Assembly (NCBI GenBank): GCA_021613535.1
Contig: CP075496.1
Coordinates: 3,534,001-3,598,000, forward strand
DNA from: Adineta vaga
Lineage: Eukaryota > Animalia > Rotifera
Direction: 5' to 3'
Length of the DNA: 64,000 nucleotides
The notes beneath the pieces are model-generated. The model did no database searches. It was not told where the DNA came from and saw only the letters and a program-made list of their open reading frames with translations. Of the stretch, positions 14,301 through 28,400 are shown piece after piece (the stretch's first letter is position 1; every line of letters begins with the position of its first letter). A program made the position numbers and the translations under genes.

Positions 14301-16475
14301 TTATGGATTGAACGCAAGAGGGAATGTTCTCTACACGATATATATATATATATAGAAAGAGATGAGAAGAATACAGGAAAAAAAAGCAAGAAAGAAAATG
14401 GTCGATGTCTGAAAGAAAGAGACGTTTTTTTTTCGCCATAACAGTAGAAAAGTGGAAACAAAACGGCGACATCGTAGAGAGGAAAAAGAGAGCGGCACGT
14501 CATTTCATCTACTTCTCTTGCTTGTTTCAGTAGCATACAATATCGTGGCATGGTCATGAACATAGAACAGCAGACAACCACTGCTCCAACAACCACAACT
14601 ACCAATGTACTGGTAAAAAACTCTCTTTTTTTCGATAGTGTCATAAATGTCATTGTTTTATTATTTATCGAATTAATAACTTATTCTTAACATAATTAAC
14701 ACACTACAAGCAAGATTTAATCAGACAGAATCTTAAGGATAGTATTTAGTTTTCTAAAATTAACAAACTAGTTATTATATGTTAAAACAAGAATATGATA
14801 CAGCTGTTTATCGTTTCTTATTAGATTTACCTTGAGTTTATCGAAGTATTCTGTTTTCGTACTTGTATCAGCGTGAATAATAATTCGATTAGAGAAAATA
14901 TTTAACTTAAGATTTCGAAACTTTTTCTTCTTCTTCTTCTTGTTCTTTCTAGTAGAATATCTTCAGTTGAAAATTGAAATTCGAGACATACTTATTCAAA
15001 TAAATGATTGTACAATGAAGAGCTTGTTTGGCTACAATAATAACTTAAATCATAACGGTATATAGATTTTTCATATCGTGAATGATTCTTTTTCTCTTTC
15101 GCTATTAAAAGAACTGTAGATCAGATTGATTGTATACATAGGTTTTAGATGACTTTGCCTATTTCTTCTCTGAAAAAAAAAAGCTTTTTAACATAAAAAT
15201 GAATAATTACAAGTCACGATCGATACGTCTAATACAATGAATTGAAGAATAGAAAAGAATACGATTGATACATTTGCCTGAGGTTATCAATGATTTTTCT
15301 CTTTTGTAATCTAAAAATGAAGAAAAGACTTGCATTAAAACACGAGAAAGAAGAGGAGAAAAAAATCAAATACTACATTCAGTAGTTAAAATTTTATTTT
15401 ATAGTCTTTATGTATATTTAATTATTGTAATAGAATTTTCATTTTTTCATGATAAATAATTGAGATAGAAAAATTTATTATTGAAAACAAAATATTATTT
15501 TGATTAAATAAAAATCTCGTCATTTTTTCTATTCTAATAAAAGAAATATCTTCCTGTATTTTATCAAATGTCTGCTATCGAGTATGACTATGTCATTTCT
15601 GACATTTGTTCCTTTCGTGCAATTAAATTATGATCATCTAATAGAATCAGAATGAAATTTCGAATAAATTTTTAATTAAGATATTCAAAGATACATTTGT
15701 TTTCTTACATATTTTATATGATTATTTGACAATTGTCAATATAAAAATCGAATAGTGTTCGAATTTATAGACACACACATATATATCTTTTGGTATATTG
15801 TACATAGACGAGATCTTATTTGATTGATTGATGATAGTCCTTCGTGTGAGATAATTGTATATAGATGTGGGCTTGTCCAATTAAGTATTTGTTTCTTGGT
15901 ATATACTGTTGTTAAGAAAAAAAAACCACAATTACCCTTTTTTCATAGATCAGTCAGTTTTTCTTTCTCTCCTTCATCTTTCTTTCCTTCTGTCTTCGGG
16001 TTTTTTCTGTTGTCGATATTGTTCTGTGACATGATCCACTCGGTATGTGAGCATACTCGTATGTATTGCCTTGTGTATCATATTCTGTTGTTCGCTACAT
16101 CATCTGTACTATATTGAGAAGGATTATTATCAAGAAAAAAAAGAACATATTCGCTTCATTTTGCTACAGGCAAGGGACGACATAAGGAGAAAAAGAGAGA
16201 GAATATTGGCAAACGGGACTCATCGTAGTAAATAATATTGACAGAGAGAAAAGAGAAAACGATTGCAGCTCAATACATATGCTAGTCTATTTCTTTCTTT
16301 CTCTCTCTCTTCTCCTTTCTCTTCTCTCTCTCTCTCTCTACTCGCGTTTACCTTCACTTAGTATATAGAAAGAACTAAATTGTCCGTATTAATGAAATGT
16401 GCGTACTCAATATAGTCGATTATTTTTACTGTATTTGAATCTTATCGTTGACGTTTGTTCTACTTGTTCAACGAA

Positions 16476-19400
16476 ATGACCCATTCAAAACCAAGCTCAT
16501 CCACAGTAAGTAACAAGAACTAATTTCATACATGCAGAGATGCATTTGCATCCACGCACAGATGTTCCTGAATATATATATATATATATTTCTTTCCTGA
16601 TTTTATATTTATTCACCGTTTCTTTTTTCTTTTTTGTATAATATTTAAAAACGTATTAGTAGTGTAATTGATCCTATCCTGAGGAAGGCATGAGAACATT
16701 CTTGTTTAATTTTTTGCCTATCGATTTTCTTCATTGCCTTGTCTAATTCACATGAGAAGCAATGTTCGTTCAATCAATAGACTTTTTTCCCTGACTAATG
16801 GAATAGAAGAGAAAAAAAGAGAAGTTTTAATAAAATTATTTGGATTATTGCTTGTTAGAGCAAGTTCTTTTTCTCTACATCGTCATACTATATTGTGACA
16901 CAATTGTCTCTATAATGTTATTGCTTCTTCTTCTTTTTCTTCTTCTGCTTTATTCGTATCTAGATTGCAATTCTAGTAGTAGTAGTTACTGATCGATGTC
17001 GCCGGAACATAGTTCGTTCAGTATAGACGAACAATTCGTTAATCCAAAAAGGAAATTCGAAGGCATAACAAATGGAGAGAGAGAGAGAGGAGAAAAGAAG
17101 AAGAATCGGTCTCTACGACTAGCCTCTACGCATCTTTTGCCAACAGATGATGACGGCTGATTATTAACAATATTTCTTCTGACGCTAAACAGTATTTCCA
17201 GTCAATGCTTATAGGAATGGAATGATAGAAAAGAATTACTTGTTTTTCATCAAGTAGTTTTTGATAGTAGATCGTCTCTTGATACTATCCTAGAGATAAT
17301 ACAAAAAAACTATTGTTTTTTATGCGTATTTATTGATAAACAAAGATCTTTTGATCAAAAACGATGTCCGATCTGACATCAACTAAAAATATTCAATCAT
17401 CAATACATCGTCCAACAACTATCAACCTATCTTCATTGCCGCAAGCCATCGATTTTCATCATCATCACCATCAAGTACAAGTGAGAAAGAGAATATAAAT
17501 ATGTGCATTTCACTTGTAATAAAAGAAAAACTCTACATATAGTTCGAACTCGTCGTAATCTTGGACAATTATGAAACATACATATACATATGTCACTGAC
17601 ACTTTACGGGGAATAGTTTTCGTTTAGATTATATAATCCATTCGAGTATACTCATATCTACAATAGAACATTTCGATGACTTCTTTCTTCTCTTTTTTGT
17701 TTTGTGTAACTATTATTCACCTATAAATATAAAAATAAGTAAGTGAGAACACGAAACCTTATATTTCTATACATCGACTTGTGCGAAAAGAAAACGTTAT
17801 TAAACTTTAAAAAATCGTGTTGTTTTTTCTATTATTATTTTCACTAATTCTATTTTCTAATGGTGACATGATAAGACGGCGAAGAGAATGAAACGCGCAA
17901 GTCATCTCATCACCATCATTTGTTTTCCATTCGCATACAACATCGATAGATATTTCCCATGATAATGTTCGTGCGTTGATGTAAGCGCACGCATTGCATT
18001 TGCATTTAGTCTCTTACATTCGCAATATTTGTACGATCGAACAGAACGAACAGTCAGTTGAGATTTTCAATGTTACTTGAAAATAGAAAAAAAACTTGTT
18101 TGCGAGAAAAGAAAAAAAGAAAATCTTATTATGTAGTTGTTGTTATTGTTATTAGATGTTTTAATGAAAAACACAAAAAAAAGAACAAAACCGCTTAAAA
18201 CAATAAAAGCAAATTATTTTTTACATACACAAAAATTCCTTTGCTTTGTTATTTGCGGTGGCAAAAATGAAATGACTAACTTTTTTCTTTCCTCCTCTCT
18301 CTCTCTCTCTCTCTCTCATATTTTGTCATTATGACTCATTATCATACAATTGAATATTTTAACATTTAACTCTTCTTCAACTATTTTTTTCGAGAACAGA
18401 TGTTGCATTCTGGACTAGTTTTCTTCTTCGTTCTGTCTAGCGAGCCAGATGTTACCCATGCTTTCAGTTCAATTTCTTAATGGAAAAAAAGGAAGAAAAA
18501 GGAAAAAAGAATTGATGCGTTTTACTAGTATAAAAAGTGCGTTCTAACGAGAGAAAAAAAAGAAGAAGGAGAAATGAAGAATACAATAATCTAACGAGCA
18601 TCAGGAGAGAGAGAGAGACAGAGAGGAAAAAAGTGAGGCGTGTATGCTCGTCGCGTTCATACACTTTGAATACTTTGTCTGTCTGAATAGTTGACGAGAG
18701 TAGTGCTGCCACAATTTTTCAGTCTTCTTTCTTTTTCTTTTCTTTCTTGTTATATTCACTGTTTGCTTCTAGAGTTGCTTTCATTATAATACATACAGTT
18801 TCTCTTTTTCTTCATTCATTCATTCATTCATACACTATATTTTAATCTTCATTCTGTCACATACGAACACGCAAAACGTGCGAAAAGAAGCTTTCCAAAT
18901 GCCAATTATTTCATTTCGTTCAATATGACAGTGGTATGTTGATAAATTTAATTTTTCGATTTCTTTTTTTTTTGCAAATCGAATAAGTTTTGTTTTGATT
19001 GAAATTATTTGAAAGAAAAATATCTGTTAATCGTATTTATTTACGAAGGACAACGTTTGTTTTCATTGGCAAGTCTATTTAGCTGCCGGTCATATATCCG
19101 TTTTTTTGCTTGTTGATAATACTTATTTCTTTGGCCTTTGCTTCCTTGTCTATTCAATCGATCAATCGGGGATATATATGATGAACGCATTAAGGCAGAG
19201 GACAAGCAGCAATAGAGGAAGAAGATAACGATAGGAACGATCAATAGGTTCAGTTAGTAAGCATGCTGTTACTATTGATTGTTTGTTCTGTTTCCTTTTC
19301 TTTCTTACTCGACATATTCTTTTTCCTGCTGTGTTAGTTATATTTTTGGGAATGTTCTTCTTAACTGTTGGTTGGCACTCTAGCATATATCTAAACATAC

Positions 19401-22400
19401 GCAATCGAGAAATACATATGCATGTATAAAAGCGAAGGAAAAAACGAGAGGAAGAGAGAAAGAGAAGAGAAAAAGGAGATACTGGAAGTATGGATATAAA
19501 AAGAAAATCGAGCGTTATCTTGATTATACACTAGTTTCTTCTTCTTCGTCATGTTCGTATTCTCTCACTCTCGTTGAGTGTCGTCTTATTCACAAGAATT
19601 TTATTACGACGACGCACCGTGATCATTAGTTGCTCGTAATTTTTCATTTCAATCCGAGATATTTGTTATTCAAGAGAAGATTGCTATTCATGGGTCGACA
19701 TTTGTCGAATAAAGTTCGATGCACCTTCGTGAGTACACCAATATCATTATTTGTTAACCTTGAAAACAAAAAACCGATGATTTCTTAGTTTAAATAATCA
19801 TTAGAAGACATGTCATAACTATAAATGATAAATGATTGCTATTTTTCTTGCCGATTTCGATCTCTCTTTTTTCGGTAAATAAGGAAATAGAATAATTTGC
19901 AGTACTTTCGGGGTTTTTTTCATTTATTTACAATTTTTTTAATATGTATTTATATGGCCGGAAAAGATCTCTAGACAGGTCAATAAGAGAAGTTGTCACT
20001 GAATTAGAAAAGAAATTTATGCCTGATAGATAAGAACAACTGTATCAGATTTTTCTCGCTTCTTTCGAAATCTGTTTTCTAGCTTAGAATAAAAGCTGCA
20101 GCAAAATGACTGTCTAAGACACACGATCAATTGTATCTTATCATGATATACGTTTTCTGTCTATAAATGTATAGTAAAAGAAATGATTGTTGATTGTATT
20201 GATTGCCAGATTGCATAATCTTAAGCACAAAAAACAAAAGAAATATTCGTCATTCATATGTAGACAATCGATTGTTATGTCAGTTGGAATATCAAACTTA
20301 ATTGTATTTAATTGCCGAATAAATTTGATGTTTTGTTTTCTAGTCTGATGGAAATTCGGGCTTTTTACGAGCAGCACGAGCAGGAAATCTTGAGAAGGTT
20401 TTGGAATACCTTCGCTCATCAATTGATATCAATACGAGTAATGCTGATGTATTTCTGTCTTTGATTACTTGAAATCAAGAGAAGATCTCATCTTTCATGA
20501 TATTTTTATCGCTTTAGAATGGATTAAATGCACTTCATTTAGCATCAAAGTATGTTAAGATGATTTTTCTTATTAAATGATTAAATGATATTTTTATTTA
20601 GAGAGGGTCATGTAAATATCGTCCAAGAGCTTCTTTCACGTGGTGCCAATGTTAATGCAGCAACGAAGGTCTTTCAGATGTCTTTATGACAAGGATTAGT
20701 CATTAATCATTTTTCTCTCGATTTAGAAAGGAAATACAGCTCTTCATATTGCATCTTTGGCGGGTCAAGAAGAAGTTGTTAAACTATTAATTAAACATAA
20801 TGCTAATATTAATTGTCAATCACAGAATGGATTCTCTCCTTTGTACATGGCTGCACGTATGTTAAACAAAAGAAGAAAGTCTTTTCTTAGAATAACATTT
20901 TCATTATGATATTTATAGAGGAGAATCATCTTGAAGTAGTTAAATTTCTGCTCGCTAATGGCGCTAATCAAAGTCTAGCAACTGAGGTAATTTATCTTTT
21001 TTTTGCTTTCATAGAATTTCGTTAATAGAAGGTTCCATTTAGGATGGATTTACGCCTTTAGCTGTTAGTCTCCAACAAGGACACGATAAAGTGGTTGCTA
21101 TACTCTTAGAAAATGATTCAAAAGGTTCGAAAGTTCGTTTACCAGCATTACATATTGCCGCGAAGAAGAATGATACCAAAGCTGCTGCTTTATTATTACA
21201 AGGCGATAGTCAACCTGATCTTAATTATAAGGTTTGTACTTCTAAAACTATGACGATTATTTTCATATCAATACTTCATAATGAATAGGGAGGAGGTTTT
21301 GTTAATTGTACAACAAAGGTTTGTTTTCTCAATGTCTATCTAGATGGGTGTCTTTTGCTTCCATATTCTATTGTCTATCTGTTGGTGATGGAGTCATTTT
21401 AATGTTTCGATGTTGTTGTTATTATTATTATTGTTTTGTTCGTCTGTTAATTATAATTTTTATTTCTCTTGATTTCAGCTGGGAAGAGTAAGCATTAGAA
21501 TATTGATATAGACTAATCTTCAACTAATTGTTCGAAATAGTTAGAACAATATATACACATACATGTAAAAATTTATGACATCATGTCAGTTAACATATTT
21601 GTATAGATTATTGTAGTATGTTCATATCAAAATATTTCGATTTGATTGAATATGACATGGCCATATATATAAATATATAATAGCGTCTTTTTCTCTTTCT
21701 TTTAGTCTGGTTTTACTCCTTTACATATTGCAGCACATTATGGAAATTTCGAAGTAGCTCAATTATTGATTAGTCGTGGTGCAGACGTCAATTATGCTGC
21801 TAGTGTAAGCATGTGTATAAATATAAACTTGAGATGAAAATGAACTTGTACTTGAGATATGAAGTGTATATTAAAACATGTTACTTTTACGAATTCAATT
21901 TGATTGCATCATAAAACAAGAAAAGATGAAGAAGATGAAAATTAGTTTTTATATACAGATGCATTCAAATGCCGTCGGCAATACGACGTTAATTTATCAG
22001 ATGTTTTGGATTAATCAGACGATTCTCGAGAGATGAATAACTATCCTCTAGATATTATAGAAGCAAAAGAAGAAGAAGATTACTAATATGTTTAATTTGT
22101 GTTTGTTTTTCTTTTAGCAAAATATAACACCATTACACGTCGCATCAAAATGGGGAAAAGACAAGTTAGTTCGATTATTACTTGAAAAAGGTGCACAAAT
22201 TGATGTTAAAACAAAAGATGGACTTAGTAAGTGATTTCAATGAAGATTATTAAGATGATTGAAGAAATCATTTGTAATCTATTTTTAGCACCTTTACATT
22301 GTGCTGCTCGATCCGGTCATGATCAAGTTGTTGATATATTACTTGAAAATGGTGCTCCATTTGGTGCAAAAACAAAAAACGGTCTCTCAGCTCTTCATAT

Positions 22401-25400
22401 GGGTAAATAATAATTTCTATGTTTTCATTTTGTTTTTCAATGAATTTCATTCGATTTTAGCTGCCCAAGGCGATCATGTTGATGCAGCACGTATTTTGCT
22501 TTATTATAAATCGACACTTGTCGATGATGTTAGTTCGGTAAGTTGACAATTGATTATTTTTCAATCATTTAAAATCAAACATATTTGCTTCTTTTTCTTC
22601 AAAAGGATTATCTTTCACCATTACATGTTGCTTCTCATTGTGGCAATTATAATGTTGCTAAACTTCTATGTGAACGACGTGCGGATGTCAATGCCAAAGC
22701 ATTAAATGGTTTTTCTTGTTTACATATTGCATGCAAAAAAAATCGTTTAAAACTAGTCGAATTATTAATTGCAAATGGTGTTGATATTGAAGCAAAAACT
22801 GAATCGGGTTTAACAAGTCTCCATGTTGCTGCATTTGTTGGTAGTCTTGAAATCGTTGTGTATTTATTACAACATGGTGCAAATATAAATGCAACAACGA
22901 TACGTGGTGAAACACCGTTACATTTAGCAACACGAAATAACCAAATTGAAGTTGTTCAAACATTACTTCGTTATGGTGCATTAGTTGATACAAAAGCTAA
23001 AGAAGCACAAACATGTTTACATTTAGCAACACGTTTGGGAAATATTGAAATTGTCAAATTATTATTACGAGCAAATACACAAGTTGATAGTACAACTAAA
23101 GATGGATATTCAAGTTTACATATTGCAGCAAAAGAAGGACATGATGAAATTGCTCATTTATTAATTGATCATGGAGCAAATTTGAATCTGTTTACGAAAG
23201 TATGAAAAAGAAATTTGATTGAAATAGAAAAAGTCAAAAACTTTTGTTTTTCTTTTCTTTCTTCTAGCGTAATTTTTCGGCATTACATATTTGTGCTAAA
23301 TATGGTAATCTTAAAGTTGCCAATCTTCTTCTACAGAAAGGAGCAACTGCAGATATTCAAGGCAAAGTAAGAATACTCTATAGCAAATTGAATACATCTC
23401 CAATTTCATAACTATTCTCTCTAGAATGAATTAACACCATTACATTGTGCTGTTCATTATAATCATGCAAATATAGCATTACTTTTATTACAACATGCTG
23501 CTAGTCCACATGTCACAGCGCGTAATGGTTATACACCATTACATATTGCCGCAAAGAAAAATGCATTGGCTATTTCGGAAACATTATTAGAATATAATGC
23601 AAATACCAATGCTCAATCAACGGGTGGTTTTACACCATTACATTTAAGTTGTCAAGATGGTCAACTCGATGTAACAACACTTCTTCTAGCTAATCAAGCA
23701 AATCCAAATGTTGGATCGAAAAGTCAATTAACACCATTACATTTATGTGCACAAGAAGATCGAGTTCAATGTGCTGAAGCATTAGTTCATAAAAATGCAG
23801 ATATTAATGCTGAAACACTTGTAAGAATATAATTTATTAACTAATTACTTTATAAATAATCATATCTACTCCCTTGTTATTTATGATTGTTTGATCAAAA
23901 CTCTTAGGGATCTCCTTTCATAATTTTCATCAGATATTGAATTCCAAAACAGAACGTACTATTCTTTCATTAAAAGATCCTTGGATAATAGAACTTAATT
24001 ATGAAATTTTAATATTTAAATTAATAAGATCTACTCAAATATACTCCTCAACTGTTGATAGTCTAGAGAGTTGAGATATTTTTGTTTTAAATATACATGT
24101 TTATTTTAAATATTTTCACTTTCTATCTAGAGTGGTTACACAAGTTTACATGTTGCTTGTCATTTTGGTCAAATCAATATGGTTCGATATTTACTTCAAC
24201 TCGGTGCCAATGTTAATGCAGAAACAAATGTAAACAAAATCCTTTTGTTTTTCTCAATTATCATCGATATTTTTTTCTTTATTCATTCAGCTCATGTTCA
24301 CTCCACTTCATTCAGCTGCTCAACAAGGACATGTTATGATTGTTAAGTTATTACTAGAACATGGTGCTTTACCAAATAAAACAAACAAAGTAATCATATG
24401 TTATGTTTTCTTTACGGTTATATTACATCATATTGATTTCTTTAGCATGGAATGACCGCTTTATCTATTGCGCAACGTCTTGGTTATATATCTGTTGTCG
24501 AAGAATTGAAAGGTGTTACTGAAACAACTCTTACGAATAAACAAGAAACATTGAGCGAAGAACGTTATAAGGTATGTATCAGTTAAAACGTTTAAATAAA
24601 TTTGATTTGAACTTGTTGTTATCTGTAAATTATAGATTCAAGCTCCCGAAGTTTCCCATGAAGAACATCCATTAACTGATTCTGATGATGAAGCAGGTAA
24701 ATTTTATTCTAATGAAAAGAAAAATGAGACAATCGATAGACTAAAGAATTTTATCAATACATATCATCTACTTGTCTAGATGATAAAAAAGCAGTTGAAG
24801 ATGATATTGTTTATCCTGAACTTGGATATTTCGAAATGGCGACTGCTATAAATAATCTAAAAGCTCAACAAAAAACGACTCAAGGTTGTCGTGTGTCTGA
24901 AGTTTGAACTTTTGTTTTCTGCCTGTCAAAAGAATGATAACAGATGAAATTCCTCTGCTTCTTTTTTTTACCCCCTACAGATACGCGCGCATGAATTCTG
25001 CTAATTATCTATTGGTCCAATTAAGAAATCTATTCTAACAAACTTTTTATCTCTCTGTATATATATAGACATGCTTGGTGATGCAAGTTCAAATGTGCAT
25101 ATGCAATATTTACGTGAAGGTGTACTCATGAATGAAACAGAGGATAATAAACTTCATCCAGCATCATTTGTCAAAGTAAGTAAAACTATTCATGTGAATT
25201 TGAATGATCTTTCTTTGCTGATTGTTTGTTTATAGGAAGATTCAGAATATCCAATGTTAGCAACCAAAGATAATTGGAATGAAAGTCGAGATAATCTTCT
25301 TGATCATCAACAAACACCTGTTAAAATTTCTCAAACAATGCCTGCAGATAATGATATGATTACTAGACCACGTCATGGAGGGTGAGTTATATTGATTAAC

Positions 25401-28400
25401 TGTGTGCGATCTTTGTTTTATTGGTATTTTCGAAATCAATACGTGATGAATGAGATTTGTTGATTAGCATGTGTGCGATGTGTATCTATTATATTTTTCT
25501 AGGGATCGTTTTCATTGCCGATCGTAAGTGCTCTCACATGCTTAGTTTGTCTTTTTCAAACTAACTTCTTAAAATAACTAACAAATTTTGCCTTCGTTTT
25601 TTTTTTCTTGTGACGCTGACATTTTGCCATGTAATTTACTAAATGATCTGTTTCTATGTATAGATTTTTGGTAAGCTTCTTGGTCGATGCTCGTGGTGGT
25701 GCTATGCGTGGATGTCGACATTCGGGTGTACGAGTTATTATACCACCGAAACGTGCTAGTATGCCGACAAGAATTACATGTCGATTTATCAAACGTGATA
25801 AATTAGCTGTACCACCACCAATAAATGAAGGTGAAGCGTTAGCAGCAAGAGTTTTGGAAGTTGGACCTGTGAATTGCAAATTTCTTGGGTAAGTTTTCTT
25901 TTTCTCAGTTGAATAGAATCTTGATGAAATATGAAATTTATGAGAAAGAGATCTGTACATATATATAGTATGAGAATTTTTCTACGGATAAATTTGATAA
26001 TATTCCGATCTTGAAGACGATTGAATCGGAGTAATCTGTAGAATGATTCTTGTCTTCTTTTTAGACCTGTTATTCTTGAAATTCCTCATTTCGCTTCATT
26101 ACGTAATCGTGAACGTGAAATCATTGTTTTACGAAGTGATAATGGTGAAAAATGGACAGAACATACAGGTCCAACTACTGATGATGCTGTACGTGAAACA
26201 CTTGGTGATGTCTTTGATTCCGAAGGTAAAATTTATCATTCGATGACAGTTTATCTCTCTTTACAAATATTTTCTCTTCACATCTTAGGACTTGAAAATA
26301 TTGAACAACTTAGTTCACGTCGAATAACACGTATCATCACAAATGATTTTCCACGTTATTTTGCATTAGTAACACGTTTACGTCAAGAAGCACATTTCGT
26401 CGACGAACATGGTGGTTTATTGATATCATCAATAATTCCTACTTGTCAAGCTCATATACCTGACAAAGCTTTACAAAAACGTATTCGCGTATCACTTCAT
26501 GTTTTACCTATTCCATCTCAATTGATTCAAAATATCTATGGTTCACGTGTTAATCTCAGTCCTGTCGTTACAGTTGAACCACGTCGAAGAAAATTTCATA
26601 AACCAATTACAGTTACAATTCCATTACCAATAAAGTCAAACAAACAAAGTCATTCAAAAGATTCACAACATGGCAATGCATATACGAGTGATTCTCAAAC
26701 ATTACGATTACTATGCAGTATTACTGGTGGTACACATGCAGCACAATTCGATGATATTACAGGACATACACCATTGACCTTTTCAAATGATTGTGCTACA
26801 TTTACAACAACAGTTTCAGCAAGGTATACAGTTGTTTCTTTATGATTATATTTTGAAAATCCAATGTAGATAAAAGTGTGGGTGTGTAGGCGTGAAAATT
26901 TTAGATTGACTATTATGAATACTAGCTTTTTGAAATTTTTACTACTGCAAAAAGAATACTATTCTTCCTGGCGTCGTCTAGAATCGTTTGAAACTAACGT
27001 CAGATTATATCTAGTGTTAAATCATGCTATGCATTCGTAAAAGTATAAAAATACGTTTCTTCTTTCATATTCAAATAGTTCTTGGCAAATGTCATTCCTT
27101 AAACTATGATTATCGTCGCTAGATGAAGTTGAACACATTCTATTTTTCCCTTTTACAGATTTTGGTTAATCGATGCACAAGGTGTTCCCGATGTCTTGAA
27201 AATAGCTCATGAAATCTATCGGGAAGCATCTTCAGTTCCGTATATGTCTCGTTTTGTTGTATTTGCAAAACGAAATGATCCTAACGAAGCATTAGCACGT
27301 CTTTTCTGTATTACCGATGATAAAGAAAATAAAACATTAGAAATGCAAGAACATTTTATTGAAATCGCAAAATCAAAAGAAGTTGAAGTTGTGAATGGAA
27401 ATACAATTTATATGGATTTACAATCGAATAATTTACAAACGATTACAAAATCTAATGAACAATTAACATTTACATTTCGAGCATTTCGAGAAAATCGTTT
27501 ACCGTGTGTCATTCGTATACGTGATCAACAACAAGAACCATCAGGACGTGTTGTCTTTTTAAAAGATAATGGAAAATTAACACCATTACCAAGAACATCA
27601 TCGGCTACACTGACAAATGGGCATGCACCATCGATTATTACTATCGATCCACAAACCTTACAAGCAATTTGTAATTTGAATATTATTCTTCCACCTTACG
27701 ATAAGGTATGAAAAGAATTGTATAAGTTTGTTTTTACTAATCCTTTTTAATTTTTTCTCTTATATAGGATGCACTTGGAGTAAGTTTATTTTAAATAGTA
27801 AATTGTTTTGATTAAATTGAAATTGAATTTAGAATGAAGAACGTCTTCGTAATCTTCGTTCCGTCGATCGAGAACCACGTTCAGAAAGTAAGAATAGTGG
27901 ATGAAATTATTCAAAATATAATGATTAAATTTTATATTTAGGCTGGAGATCCGATGATATGTATCGAAAGGGTGAAATTCGTCTAACTGATATCGCTAAA
28001 TTACTTGGCTCGGAATGGCCAGCACTTGCTGCTGAACTTGAATTAACCGAAGAGGAAGTAACAAAATTAATGGATGAATATGGACAAAATGCTGCTTTAC
28101 ATATGTTACGTTATTGGCTTAAATCACGAGGTCCTGACGCAACAGGTACGAATTATCTTTTTGAATATGGAAAGATAATATTCAAACATATAAATATATA
28201 TATATATATGATTTGAAATATCTAAACTCAAACGATAATCAATTCTTTCTCATTAACGAAAATTTGTGTATCATTAGGTAATTGTCTTCAACTAGCTCTA
28301 CGTAAAATCAATAAAGAAACTATTGTGAACAATTGTGTCTTTAATATCGAATGGGTCACTGATGCTGCAGAAAAAGAAGTTGCTAAAGCTCGTTTAACAA

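Noticed and set aside
11500-16400. Short ORFs and exon-like fragments (e.g. 12042-12182, 12799-13017, 14036-14653)
   Set aside because: No recognisable motifs or consistent spliced frame; low-complexity F/L/K-rich translations; likely regulatory DNA
20440-20455. Extra Asp (NAD-NGL) or odd donor in the first common ankyrin exon
   Set aside because: A GT donor keeps frame; alternatively a dropped T in GTATGT; no evidence for a non-canonical splice site
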